Source of the DNA: a virus
Direction: 5' to 3' (one strand)
Virus record (IMG/VR): IMGVR_UViG_3300027969_000043
Span: 64,001 to 128,000 of that record
DNA length: 64,000 bases
Shown here: positions 20,020 through 29,631 of the stretch, piece after piece
Position numbering within the stretch: position 1 is the first letter of the stretch
Layout: every line of letters starts with the position of its first letter
Notes under the pieces: model-generated
What the model was told of the DNA's origin: nothing
Seen by the model: only the letters and a program-made list of their open reading frames with translations
Database searches by the model: none
Position numbers and translations under genes: made by a program

Positions 20020-20049
20020 ATAAATATTCTACGTTTCTAATATATTTAT
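20020..20049. promoter_or_regulatory. Divergent pair of putative late promoters (ATATTTAT on each strand)
   Basis: - strand copy at 20020-20027 and + strand copy at 20042-20049, each 16 nt from its ATG. Confidence 0.65.
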
Positions 20050-20065
20050 TATAAAAGAATTATTT

Positions 20066-20536
20066 ATGCCTATTATTAAAAAACATGAATTAGAAGAACT
20101 TGTTGGCGGCGATGGCGAGGTTATTGGTGGTGATAGAAATGTTACTAGCAATTCAGAAATTGAGACAGGTCCAGTACAAAAACCATGGAACGACAATTCC
20201 GATTACGAAAAAGGGATGTCAACGACTACCGATAGAGCTACAAGATATAGACAAAATATCCCATGGTTTGCCGTTTATAGCTATCGCAGCTCAAGTGGTC
20301 GTGGATTACCAATAAACGAAACAAATAAAAAAGTCAAAAAAAAGAGTCAAATAGAAGAAGAAATCATGGAAGATTTAGTTAAAAAGTCAAAAAAAGACCA
20401 TGATATGATAGAAAAAAACTTTGACGCTAAAGTTGAAAAAATGGTTGATACAATAGAAGATATTGATTTAAGCAAGGAACAGTTAAATAAAATAAAAACT
20501 GCAATCATTAATAAAATAAAAAATAAAGATGCCTAA
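20066..20536 (+). CDS. Hypothetical protein (late, possibly head-associated)
   Basis: 156-aa ORF after the late motif; overlaps the next gene. Confidence 0.6.
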   Translation: MPIIKKHELEELVGGDGEVIGGDRNVTSNSEIETGPVQKPWNDNSDYEKGMSTTTDRATRYRQNIPWFAVYSYRSSSGRGLPINETNKKVKKKSQIEEEIMEDLVKKSKKDHDMIEKNFDAKVEKMVDTIEDIDLSKEQLNKIKTAIINKIKNKDA

Positions 20537-20984
20537 TTCCGATTTAAAAGATAAAATATATAATGTACCTGCCCAACATCAAAATTTTTTGGGACAGACA
20601 ATATCATATCATAATCTTAAAATGACAAAAACTAGGCTAAACCAAGCAAAGAAAGATAAAAACCAACAAGAATTTAATAGAAAGGGTGGTGAAAACGTAT
20701 TACAGTGGGTAAACAATACATTAAAAACTGACCGAGACGCTATTTATAATAAGAAAAAAACTGGTATGGATGCTGGAAGAGAAAACGAGTTTATAAAAGA
20801 CCACGAAAAAGATAAAAGCGCTAACGCAACAAAAGTTGGTGGTGTACCAAAAATAACAAAAGGTAGCGTGTTTAGAAAAATAATGACTAACAAAGAAGTA
20901 TATAATGAATCCGTTAATAAAGAAATCAAGGATATTTTATATTTAATGGAGTACATGAATAACAATAAAAAAGAAAATTTATAA
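20529..20984 (+). CDS. Hypothetical basic protein
   Basis: 151-aa Lys-rich ORF in the operon. Confidence 0.6.
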   Translation: MPNSDLKDKIYNVPAQHQNFLGQTISYHNLKMTKTRLNQAKKDKNQQEFNRKGGENVLQWVNNTLKTDRDAIYNKKKTGMDAGRENEFIKDHEKDKSANATKVGGVPKITKGSVFRKIMTNKEVYNESVNKEIKDILYLMEYMNNNKKENL

Positions 20985-20987
20985 ATT

Positions 20988-21401
20988 ATGCCAAGTAATT
21001 ACATTCCAAGACCCGTTCCTGGACAAAATGTCGGAGGTCAATCTGATATGGAATACGCAGCTATTCTTCAAAGAAATACCTTGATTCCTATTAATACTTA
21101 TAATAGTTATGCTTCCGCAAACCAATACGGTCTTACACACACTAGAGCTATAACTGATAACCAAACACCAAACGCTGGTAGAGGTACTGGCGTTTTTTTA
21201 GATATCAATAATTATGGTGCTGGTTTAGATTGGGACAAATTAGGTAACCCACAACCAGGAAGTATCGTAGGTGCTGGTGCTGGCAGATTGCCGTCATTAA
21301 CATACAATAACGCAACTTGGGGTATGGGACCAGTCGCAATAGGGATGACAAACTATGCACCACCAAATACGGCACTAAACATTGGTCAAGTAATAATATA
21401 A
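20988..21401 (+). CDS. Hypothetical protein (Gly/Asn-rich, possibly structural)
   Basis: 137-aa ORF, tightly packed. Confidence 0.6.
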   Translation: MPSNYIPRPVPGQNVGGQSDMEYAAILQRNTLIPINTYNSYASANQYGLTHTRAITDNQTPNAGRGTGVFLDINNYGAGLDWDKLGNPQPGSIVGAGAGRLPSLTYNNATWGMGPVAIGMTNYAPPNTALNIGQVII

Positions 21402-21402
21402 T

Positions 21403-21831
21403 ATGAAACTTTACAATTTATTTGAAGAGATTATATTAGAAGAGAAAAGGTTATTAGCTGAAAATGTTAGTGACCAAGAAATAAATGATGCAATTAAAGG
21501 AAAATACAACATAAATATACTTTATGATGATTATCCAGATGTTGTACCATCAGTCGCACCTAGCAAAAGATATATACAAGTATATAATCTTGCTGAAACA
21601 AAAGCTGGTAACAAAGCAATAAGAGCATTTCAAATTTTTGGTGGTTCAAAAACAACACCAAAACAGGGTGCGTGGAAAATATTTAGATTAGACAGAATAC
21701 GCGGTTGGTTTCCGACAAAAATGAAATTTTATAACCCAGTTTCTGATTTAGACGCAAATATTCCTACGTACAATAAAAATGGTGACAGAGCAATGTCACG
21801 CGTTATAAATAAAGTAGAATTTAATAGATAA
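21403..21831 (+). CDS. Stand-alone WYL-like domain protein
   Basis: I..AI......I.Y...R.I.VY.L...AIRAF...WKIFRLDRI matches the WYL fold signature (R.FRLDRI); no HTH. Confidence 0.65.
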   Translation: MKLYNLFEEIILEEKRLLAENVSDQEINDAIKGKYNINILYDDYPDVVPSVAPSKRYIQVYNLAETKAGNKAIRAFQIFGGSKTTPKQGAWKIFRLDRIRGWFPTKMKFYNPVSDLDANIPTYNKNGDRAMSRVINKVEFNR

Positions 21832-21836
21832 TTTTT

Positions 21837-22409
21837 ATGGATGCACCACAACCAGTAGATTTAAATAAATTAAAAAACATTCTTGGAAATGCCAAGGCTG
21901 TAATGAATAAGGTTGAAAACAATAGTTTTAAAACGGGGAATATTAATGGGCGAGCGTTAACAGAAGAAGGCGTAGCTGAATTACAGTCAGAAGGGGTTAG
22001 GCCAGTATCTACATCGCCCATGACATATAATGAGGAAATGATTAAGAATTCTAAATTACCAGCAGCAATTAAAAAGGCGATGCTAGAAAACCCAATTCCA
22101 CAATTATCTGGACCAAGCCATACATTTAATATAAACGACGTATCTGACTTGATTGACGAAAAACCAATGCCATATCCTAAAGCACCTAAAACAAAAGTTG
22201 TCAACGAAACATATAGCAATAATAAGTCAGATACAATTACTATAAGCAAATCTGATTTAAAAGAGATGGTTAATGATTTGGTTAATGAAAAATTATTAGA
22301 GTTTTTTGTTAAAAACCACAATAAATCAGTTACTGAAGACGCTGTTAAAAGAACAATTACAACCCTGATAAAAGAAGGTAAAATACAACAAAAGAAAAGA
22401 ACACTATAA
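21837..22409 (+). CDS. Hypothetical protein
   Basis: 190-aa ORF ending before a terminator. Confidence 0.6.
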   Translation: MDAPQPVDLNKLKNILGNAKAVMNKVENNSFKTGNINGRALTEEGVAELQSEGVRPVSTSPMTYNEEMIKNSKLPAAIKKAMLENPIPQLSGPSHTFNINDVSDLIDEKPMPYPKAPKTKVVNETYSNNKSDTITISKSDLKEMVNDLVNEKLLEFFVKNHNKSVTEDAVKRTITTLIKEGKIQQKKRTL

Positions 22410-22430
22410 CAATAAAAAAATATTTTATTA

Positions 22431-22456
22431 AAAGGGGATTAATTTCCCCTTTTTTT
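22431..22456 (+). terminator. Rho-independent terminator
   Basis: aaagggga-ttaatt-tcccctttttttt. Confidence 0.8.
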
Positions 22457-22457
22457 A

Positions 22458-22485
22458 TTGACTAATATTACATATTCATTATTAT
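22458..22485 (+). promoter_or_regulatory. sigma70-like promoter TTGACT-N16-TATTAT upstream of the GT/nucleotide-metabolism operon
   Basis: Similar elements at 43489, 56046 (-) and 60800 (-). Confidence 0.45.
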
Positions 22486-22514
22486 TAACTCATAATTACA
22501 TTTAAAAAATTAAT

Positions 22515-23780
22515 ATGAGTAAAATTAAAGTTTTAGTAGTACCCTCTGACCGTACTGGTGTCGGATACTTTAGAAGCACAAAACCACACATTGCATTAGA
22601 AGAAAAATACCCCGACGAATTTCATGTCGATATCGAGTATGAACCAGAGTTAAACAATGACGAATGGTTAAAACAATACGATGTTATACATTATCATAGA
22701 ACCCTAGGTGCTTACGAACAACAAGAAGCCCTATTAAATAAATTGGATAATTTAGGTATTGCAACAATAATGGATTTAGATGATTATTGGTCACCTGGCC
22801 AACATCATCCAGCTTTTTTATTGATTAAAAATAGCGGTTTAGATAAAATGATTTTGAATAATATTAGAATTGCTAAAAATGTAACAACAACAACTAGTAT
22901 ATTTGCTGAAGAAATTGCAAAATATAACAAAAATGTTTATGTTTTACCAAATGCAATTGACCCGAATGAAAAACAATATACCCCAACGCCAGAAAAAAGC
23001 GATAGATTAAGAATTGGATGGCTTGGTGGTAGTAGCCATTTAAAAGATTTAGAAATATTAAAAGGAGTTGTTGGTAGATTGCACAATGACGGATTGTTAG
23101 ATAAAGTTCAATTTGTTTTGTGTGGTTATGATTTAAGAGGAACAATGACCATTATTGATGAGCAAACTGGTCAACAAACACAAAGACCAATTAAACCAAC
23201 AGAAAGTGTTTGGTATCATTACGAAAGAATTTTTACAGAAGACTACACAACGGTCAGCCCAGAATATAAAGAATTTTTATTAAAATTCAAAAATGAGGAA
23301 TATCCTAATGTTGCAAATGAACCATACAGAAGAGTTTGGACAAAACCGATTAGTAGCTACGCCTCAAATTATAATTTATTCGATATATCATTAGCACCAA
23401 TTGAAGAAAATATTTTTAATAAAGTTAAAAGCCAACTTAAAGTTATCGAAGCTGGGTTTCATAAGAAAGCTTTAATCGCACAAGATTTTGGTCCGTATCA
23501 GATAGACGTTAAAAGCGCACATCAATTTGGTGGTGGTTGGGACAAAAATGGCAACGGTATACTGATTGAAACAAATAAAAATCATAAAGATTGGTACAAG
23601 TTTATTAAAAAATTAATACTAGAACCAGAATTAGTTCAACAACTAAGTGAAAACCTGCACAATACAATTAAAGATTTATATTCTGTTGGAGCGGTTAGCG
23701 ATAGCAGACGTGATTTATATAAAAAACTGAAATCACAAATGGATGAAAAACAATCAGCTAAAAAAATGGTTTTAAATTAG
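22515..23780 (+). CDS. Glycosyltransferase, GT-B fold (GT4-like)
   Basis: DLDDYW, VLPNAID, RIGWLGGSSHLKDL, DISLAP...FNKVKSQLKVIEAG. Confidence 0.85.
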   Translation: MSKIKVLVVPSDRTGVGYFRSTKPHIALEEKYPDEFHVDIEYEPELNNDEWLKQYDVIHYHRTLGAYEQQEALLNKLDNLGIATIMDLDDYWSPGQHHPAFLLIKNSGLDKMILNNIRIAKNVTTTTSIFAEEIAKYNKNVYVLPNAIDPNEKQYTPTPEKSDRLRIGWLGGSSHLKDLEILKGVVGRLHNDGLLDKVQFVLCGYDLRGTMTIIDEQTGQQTQRPIKPTESVWYHYERIFTEDYTTVSPEYKEFLLKFKNEEYPNVANEPYRRVWTKPISSYASNYNLFDISLAPIEENIFNKVKSQLKVIEAGFHKKALIAQDFGPYQIDVKSAHQFGGGWDKNGNGILIETNKNHKDWYKFIKKLILEPELVQQLSENLHNTIKDLYSVGAVSDSRRDLYKKLKSQMDEKQSAKKMVLN

Positions 23781-23816
23781 ACTTTTTAATTTGTTTTTGG
23801 TATATTTGTAAAAAAT

Positions 23817-24392
23817 ATGAATATGATTAAACAAGAACAAATTGTAAAAAACACTAAAAAGTATTTTCAAACAGCTCAAGAACAAGGATTTATGACTGAA
23901 GAGTTAATGTCTTTTTTAGGTGAAAATTTTATAAAAGCTCCAGCATCAACAATGTTGGATTTACATAATGCGTTTGAAGGTGGTCTAATTGACCATCTTT
24001 TGCGTGTTACAAAATATGCTGTTTCAATCAATGAAACAATTCTACCCGAAAATCTAAAACTACAGAAGAAAGACATCATTAAAGTTTGCTTTTTACATCA
24101 AATAGGTAAAGCACATCTTTATACCCCATGCACTTCTGATTGGCATGTTAAAAATCAAGGAAAAATGTACGACTTTAATGATAACCTAACTTCAATGCGT
24201 GTTGGTGAGCGTTCAGCACATTACGCATTAAATAATGGGGTTACACTCACCGAAGAAGAATATCAAGCAATTATAAATTTTGATAAGGATGATAGCGATA
24301 AGCAAGCAAAATATCATAATTCTTTATTAGGTGACTTATTAAAGATGGCTAATCAATTGGCGATAACAGAAGAAAAAAATCAAAAAAATTAA
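23817..24392 (+). CDS. HD-superfamily protein (HD replaced by HQ)
   Basis: APAS...HNAFEGGLIDHLLRV...FLHQIGK. Confidence 0.7.
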   Translation: MNMIKQEQIVKNTKKYFQTAQEQGFMTEELMSFLGENFIKAPASTMLDLHNAFEGGLIDHLLRVTKYAVSINETILPENLKLQKKDIIKVCFLHQIGKAHLYTPCTSDWHVKNQGKMYDFNDNLTSMRVGERSAHYALNNGVTLTEEEYQAIINFDKDDSDKQAKYHNSLLGDLLKMANQLAITEEKNQKN

Positions 24393-24393
24393 T

Positions 24394-24966
24394 ATGGACA
24401 TAGCAGAAAAAATGAGAAAAAAAATTTTTGATATAATTGACCCAAATGTAAATTATACACAAGAAGATTTTGAAAAAGAATTTAGTCGTATTGACTATAC
24501 TAACACTACTGATTACAAATTAAGTATTCGTTTTGTAAACGAATCAACAAACCCAAACCCAGAATATGCAACCGAAGGTTCATCTGGTTTTGATTTAAGA
24601 GCAAACTTACAAAACCCTATTGAAATACCTAGTGGCGGCATTCAAATTATACCAACAGGATTATATTTTGAAATTCCACAGGGTTTAGAAATTCAAGTTA
24701 GACCTAGAAGTGGATTAGCTGCAAAAAATGGTGTTACGGTGTTAAACACACCTGGTACGGTTGATTCGGATTATCGTGGTGAGGTTAAGGTTATACTTAT
24801 TAACCATGGAAAAGAAATTTTTACCATTAACCACGGTGATAGAATAGCGCAGGCTGTCATTGCATCTGTAATGGCTAACAATCTCATCGAGCTAAACAAA
24901 GTTTCAAAAATTTCAAATGACACTATTAGGTCATCTAATGGTTTTGGTAGTACAGGTTTACAATAA
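24394..24966 (+). CDS. dut: dUTP diphosphatase
   Basis: SSGFDLRA, RPRSGLA, GTVDSDYRGE, GDRIAQ, RSSNGFGSTG. Confidence 0.95.
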   Translation: MDIAEKMRKKIFDIIDPNVNYTQEDFEKEFSRIDYTNTTDYKLSIRFVNESTNPNPEYATEGSSGFDLRANLQNPIEIPSGGIQIIPTGLYFEIPQGLEIQVRPRSGLAAKNGVTVLNTPGTVDSDYRGEVKVILINHGKEIFTINHGDRIAQAVIASVMANNLIELNKVSKISNDTIRSSNGFGSTGLQ

Positions 24967-24976
24967 AAAAAATAAA

Positions 24977-25969
24977 ATGAAATTAGATTTTAACGATTTG
25001 TTAATCGTACCAAAAGAAATAACAAATATAAATAGTCGAACTGAAATTAATCCGTACATTTTTGCGATGCTACCATTAATTACCGCACCTATGGACACTG
25101 TTGTATCCAAAGAAAATGCGGGGTTATATATTATTAATAATATAAATGTATGCCTACCTAGAAACGTAGACTGTGATTTAGGATTTAAAGCATATTCAAT
25201 ATCTCAGATGAATGATTTATTAAATTCTAATAGAGGTATTTTAGAAAATGGGTATTATTTAATTGATGTTGCTAATGGGCATATGGACTCGGTAATAAAC
25301 ATCACAAAAAAAATAAAACAAAAAAATAAGAAAGTTAAATTAATGGTTGGCAATATCGCTAACCCAGAAACATATCGATTACTGTCTGACGCAGGTGCCG
25401 ACTATATTAGAGTTGGCATTGGAAATGGTGGTGGATGCCTAACAACGCAAAATACAGGTGTTGGATATCCAATGGCGTCATTGATTAAAGAATGTTATGA
25501 TATATCTGCTACGTTAGACAACCCCGCATATATAGTTGCCGACGGTGGAATGCAAACATACAGTGACATAATTAAAGCTCTTGCATTAGGTGCTGATTAT
25601 GTTATGCTTGGTAGCGTTTTAAATAAATCACTTGAATCTGCTGGTGATAATTACCTTTGGAAAAAAATAAAAGTATCACAAACAATGGCTAAGAAAGCGT
25701 ATAAACTAGGTATACCCGTTTATAAAATGTTTAGAGGTATGAGCACCAAAGAAGTTCAAAAAAAATGGGGTGCCAAAGTCATTAAAACTTCTGAGGGTGT
25801 TGTAAGATATCGAAGAGTAGAATACACACTATCTCAATGGTCTGAGAACTTTGAACATTACTTACGTTCAGCAATGAGCTATACAGGCTCACATAAACTA
25901 AGCGAATTTATCGGTAAAGCAAATTTAATACAAATAACAAATAACGCATATAAAAGATTTAACAAATGA
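24977..25969 (+). CDS. IMP dehydrogenase/GMP reductase family protein
   Basis: APMDTV, IDVANGH, GIGNGGGCLTT (catalytic Cys loop), ADGG, ALALGADYVMLG, FRGMS, SEG. Start moved to ATG 24977; no CBS domains. Confidence 0.9.
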   Translation: MKLDFNDLLIVPKEITNINSRTEINPYIFAMLPLITAPMDTVVSKENAGLYIINNINVCLPRNVDCDLGFKAYSISQMNDLLNSNRGILENGYYLIDVANGHMDSVINITKKIKQKNKKVKLMVGNIANPETYRLLSDAGADYIRVGIGNGGGCLTTQNTGVGYPMASLIKECYDISATLDNPAYIVADGGMQTYSDIIKALALGADYVMLGSVLNKSLESAGDNYLWKKIKVSQTMAKKAYKLGIPVYKMFRGMSTKEVQKKWGAKVIKTSEGVVRYRRVEYTLSQWSENFEHYLRSAMSYTGSHKLSEFIGKANLIQITNNAYKRFNK

Positions 25970-27429
25970 TAACAGTAGTATATTGTACTAGAGAATCAAA
26001 TCCTAAACACACAGAACACATTATTAAAATGTCTGGTTTAGGTAAACACATTGAAGTGATTGAAATTATAAATAATGGAGAATCATTAACAAAATGTTAT
26101 AACCGTGGATTAAAAGCTGCGAAAAACGATATTGTTGTGTTTATGCACGACGATGTAATAATTGAAACTTCTGCTTGGGGTAGCAAAGTTATCAAACATT
26201 TTGAAAGCAACCCAGAATTTGGAATACTTGGTGTTGCTGGAACAACAGATATGCCATTAAGTGGCAGATGGTGGGACGACAGAACAAAAATGGTCGGTAT
26301 TGTTAACCACGAAAATGAAGGTAAAAAATGGGAGTCAAAATACTCTAAGAATTGGGCTAATGATATTGTAGAAGTACTTTCTGTTGATGGATTGTTTTTT
26401 GCGGTTAATAAAAATAGGGTTAAAAATAATTTTGATGAGAATGTAGAAGGGTTCCACTTTTATGAAATTGATTTTGTATTTTCTAATTATTTAGCAGGTG
26501 TTAAAGTTGGTGTTCTTTTTAATGTACGATTAACTCACAAATCAATTGGTATGACAAATGAACAGTGGGAAGAAAATAGACTTAACTTTGTTAAAAAGTT
26601 TAATGATGACTTACCAGAAAAATTAGTACCTGAAATGTATCAACCAAAAGAATCTGGTAATAAAAACACCAAGGTTAATATTAAAGTTGTGATACAATCA
26701 CATGGAGATGTTGCCGTTTTCGAAACAATATACAATAAGATTAAATCATTTAATTATCCTAACTTAACAATTTCATTAATAACAAATGAAAATTCATACG
26801 ATAAATTTAAAGATTTAAATTATGAAGGTGTTAAAATCTATGAAGGGTTTTACGATACGCTACCAAAAAATTTATCAATATTAAAATTTGAAGATGATTT
26901 TGTTACCAATAATGACGATTTAATCTTTTTTATGAATGACAAGATTGAAATCGTGAATAATATATTTTTAAGTTTTTCTAAAATATATACAATAAATAAA
27001 AATACTTTTGGTTGTGGATTCCCATTATCGTACAATGATAATAAAACAGTATTTAGCTCTAGTTTAGAAATCTTTGCAAATAAAGAAGGCAAGGTCGCAA
27101 TCAATATGAGAGATAGTAATACGTATTATAATGTTTATTACGGTACCATTTTAAATAGTTTTGGAAATCTTGCTGATTGTTTTGTAACAACATATACAAA
27201 CTTAAAATCTTTAGATTGGTTTAAATTAAATTATGAAACACCACTGTACTTTAATGAATTTTCGCTTAGATTATCATTGAAAAATAAATTAACATACAAT
27301 GATACTAATTCATTAACTGTGCAGAAATCTTTTATGGGCGAATCAAATATCCAACAAGATTTTCAAAACCTTATTAATTTTATTAGTACTGATGAAAAAT
27401 TAAAAACACTAGTTAAAAATATCGAATGA
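25966..27429 (+). CDS. Glycosyltransferase GT-A fold (GT2-like) with a second degenerate domain
   Basis: YNRGL...VVFMHDDV...GILGVAG...VDGLFFA...FDE...GFHFY. Confidence 0.85.
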   Translation: MITVVYCTRESNPKHTEHIIKMSGLGKHIEVIEIINNGESLTKCYNRGLKAAKNDIVVFMHDDVIIETSAWGSKVIKHFESNPEFGILGVAGTTDMPLSGRWWDDRTKMVGIVNHENEGKKWESKYSKNWANDIVEVLSVDGLFFAVNKNRVKNNFDENVEGFHFYEIDFVFSNYLAGVKVGVLFNVRLTHKSIGMTNEQWEENRLNFVKKFNDDLPEKLVPEMYQPKESGNKNTKVNIKVVIQSHGDVAVFETIYNKIKSFNYPNLTISLITNENSYDKFKDLNYEGVKIYEGFYDTLPKNLSILKFEDDFVTNNDDLIFFMNDKIEIVNNIFLSFSKIYTINKNTFGCGFPLSYNDNKTVFSSSLEIFANKEGKVAINMRDSNTYYNVYYGTILNSFGNLADCFVTTYTNLKSLDWFKLNYETPLYFNEFSLRLSLKNKLTYNDTNSLTVQKSFMGESNIQQDFQNLINFISTDEKLKTLVKNIE

Positions 27430-28208
27430 TAAAGATAGCTTCTGGTTATACAAATAAAGGCGGGTCAACGATTGCATTTATTAACTTAACAAATGCATTA
27501 AATGATGCTGGTTATGATTGTACATTTTATGGTCCACATGAGTGGCACCTAGATAAATGTAAATCTGGGTTATTAAATCAACTATCTTTTGATAAAGAGG
27601 ATAGTGTTATATCACATTATTTAAATTTAGAACAAAGGCCAGACGTAAAAAAAATTGTTTTATCGTGCCATGAAAAATGGTGGTTTAGTTTTAGTAAAAC
27701 TAATAAATACTTTGATACTGCAGTATTTTTACATGAAGCGCACAGAAATTTTCACTCAGATTATTACGGCGATTATACCATAATACCAAATCTAAAAGAA
27801 AATTTAATACCAAAAGAAAAATCAGAATTAGATTTAGTTGCTGGTATAATTGGCTCTATTGAAGATAGAAAACAAACTCATGTTTCTATACAAAGAGCTA
27901 TGAAAGATAAATGTAAAAAAATATATTTATTTGGTTCAATAAATGAAGAAGAATATTTCAACAACTACGTTAAACCACTTTTAAACCCAAAAATAGAAAC
28001 GCTTGGGCATTCAACAAATAAACAAGAAATGTATGATATGATTGGAAGAGTGTATCATTCATCAAAAGGTGAGGTGGCTTGTTTAGTTAAAGACGAATGC
28101 TATCTAACAAATACAAAATTTTTTGGTAATGAAGAAACAGAGAATGAAGTTTCAACGTTAACAAATGAAGAGATAATATTATTATGGAAAAAAACACTTA
28201 ATTTATGA
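27426..28208 (+). CDS. Glycosyltransferase-like protein, GT-B fold
   Basis: GGSTIAFINLTNAL, GIIGSIEDRKQTH, YHSSKGEVACLV. Confidence 0.65.
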   Translation: MIKIASGYTNKGGSTIAFINLTNALNDAGYDCTFYGPHEWHLDKCKSGLLNQLSFDKEDSVISHYLNLEQRPDVKKIVLSCHEKWWFSFSKTNKYFDTAVFLHEAHRNFHSDYYGDYTIIPNLKENLIPKEKSELDLVAGIIGSIEDRKQTHVSIQRAMKDKCKKIYLFGSINEEEYFNNYVKPLLNPKIETLGHSTNKQEMYDMIGRVYHSSKGEVACLVKDECYLTNTKFFGNEETENEVSTLTNEEIILLWKKTLNL

Positions 28209-28924
28209 TTATACACGCACACATATTAGCTTGGAATGAAGAAAAAATTCTGCCATTTACGTTAGATTATTATTCACAATTTTGTGAAAAAATTTTTATT
28301 CATGACAACATGTCTACTGACGGTTCTGATGAAATATATTCTAGATACCCAAACGTAACTGTTTTAAAATGGAGCAGTAATAATGAAATCAATGAAATTA
28401 ATTACGTTAAAATAAAGTCAGAAGCCTATAGAAAATATAGCCGAGAATCCGATTGGGTTATCGTATGCGATTGTGATGAAATTTTATATCATCCTAGATT
28501 ACTTGAAAAATTAGAATATTATAAAGCTAACGGCATTACCGTACCGAAAGTTAATGGTCATGATATGGTAAGTGATAAATTTCCAGAGTATGATGGTGAA
28601 CTAATAACAAAAAAAGTAAAAACTGGTTCACCAGAGGTCAGCATACCGTTTTCAAAAAATATAATTTTTAACCCAAAAATAGATGTTACTTTTGGTATCG
28701 GCGCACATTCGTTTAGTTCAAATAAAACAATTTATTCAAATTCACCAGAATTGAAATTATTACATTATAAATTTTTGGGTGTTGAATATGTTGAAAATCT
28801 CTACAAAAGCAGAGTTGAGAGACTTAGTGATTTTAATAAAACAAACAAGCTTGGTGAACATTATTTCAATGTGCCATACGACCACATTAATAGAATACTA
28901 AATGAAAAAATTGAAATAATATGA
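28205..28924 (+). CDS. Glycosyltransferase family 2-like
   Basis: WNEEKILPF, HDNMSTDGS, WVIVCDCDE, LLHYK. Confidence 0.85.
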   Translation: MIIHAHILAWNEEKILPFTLDYYSQFCEKIFIHDNMSTDGSDEIYSRYPNVTVLKWSSNNEINEINYVKIKSEAYRKYSRESDWVIVCDCDEILYHPRLLEKLEYYKANGITVPKVNGHDMVSDKFPEYDGELITKKVKTGSPEVSIPFSKNIIFNPKIDVTFGIGAHSFSSNKTIYSNSPELKLLHYKFLGVEYVENLYKSRVERLSDFNKTNKLGEHYFNVPYDHINRILNEKIEII

Positions 28925-29631
28925 AAAAAATTGGAATCATAATTGTAACATACAACGTATCTGATTTACTAGATAGTCAAATTTTAAGCATACGTAAAAA
29001 TTGTACCGATAAAGATTATAAAATTATAATTATTGACAATAGTACTAATCCAGTACATATAGATAATATAGAAAAATATTGTGCTAAAAATAATATTATT
29101 AGAGCTAAAGTTGATTATAATGTATTTGACCCAAGCACAAATCATGCAATGGCATTAAATTTTGCGTACTACGCTTTCTCCAAAAAGTTTGATTATTTAT
29201 TTTTTCTAGACCATGACTTATTTCCAATTAAAAAATTTAATGTTAGCGATATAATGGACGGCAAACTAATGGCTGGTAGAGAAGTTAAATTATCAAACAC
29301 ATATCTTTGGCCTGGATGCTTAATGATGGCGAAATTAGAGGAAAAGGTTGACTTTATACCTATAAATGATTTAGACACTGGTGGCCGACTTCATACGGTT
29401 GTTTCTAAAGACCCAAATAGTATCGTTGTTTTTGATTTAAAAAATCAGTCATTTGGCGATGATGTAAAATTCAATAATTATTTCATGCATGAATATTATG
29501 AATTAATTTTTAATGAAACTTTCATGCATTTTATTAAGGCTAGTAACTGGTGCAATGTAACACCTGAAATTTTTAAAGCTAGACAAGATTTACTCATTAA
29601 AACATTAAACGATTATAATAGTGAAAAATAA
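28921..29631 (+). CDS. Glycosyltransferase family 2-like
   Basis: IIIVTYN, IIDNS, FLDHDLF, DTGG. Confidence 0.75.
   Translation: MKKIGIIIVTYNVSDLLDSQILSIRKNCTDKDYKIIIIDNSTNPVHIDNIEKYCAKNNIIRAKVDYNVFDPSTNHAMALNFAYYAFSKKFDYLFFLDHDLFPIKKFNVSDIMDGKLMAGREVKLSNTYLWPGCLMMAKLEEKVDFIPINDLDTGGRLHTVVSKDPNSIVVFDLKNQSFGDDVKFNNYFMHEYYELIFNETFMHFIKASNWCNVTPEIFKARQDLLIKTLNDYNSEK

Noticed and set aside
307-20040. Many short + strand ORFs and alternate-frame - strand ORFs over the fibre block
   Set aside because: Shadows of long S/T/G-rich - strand genes; no independent motifs or starts.
24917-24976. ORF-track N-terminal extensions (also 49492-49584, 60306-60350, 61145-61153)
   Set aside because: They overlap upstream genes; downstream ATGs with A-rich leaders are more plausible starts.
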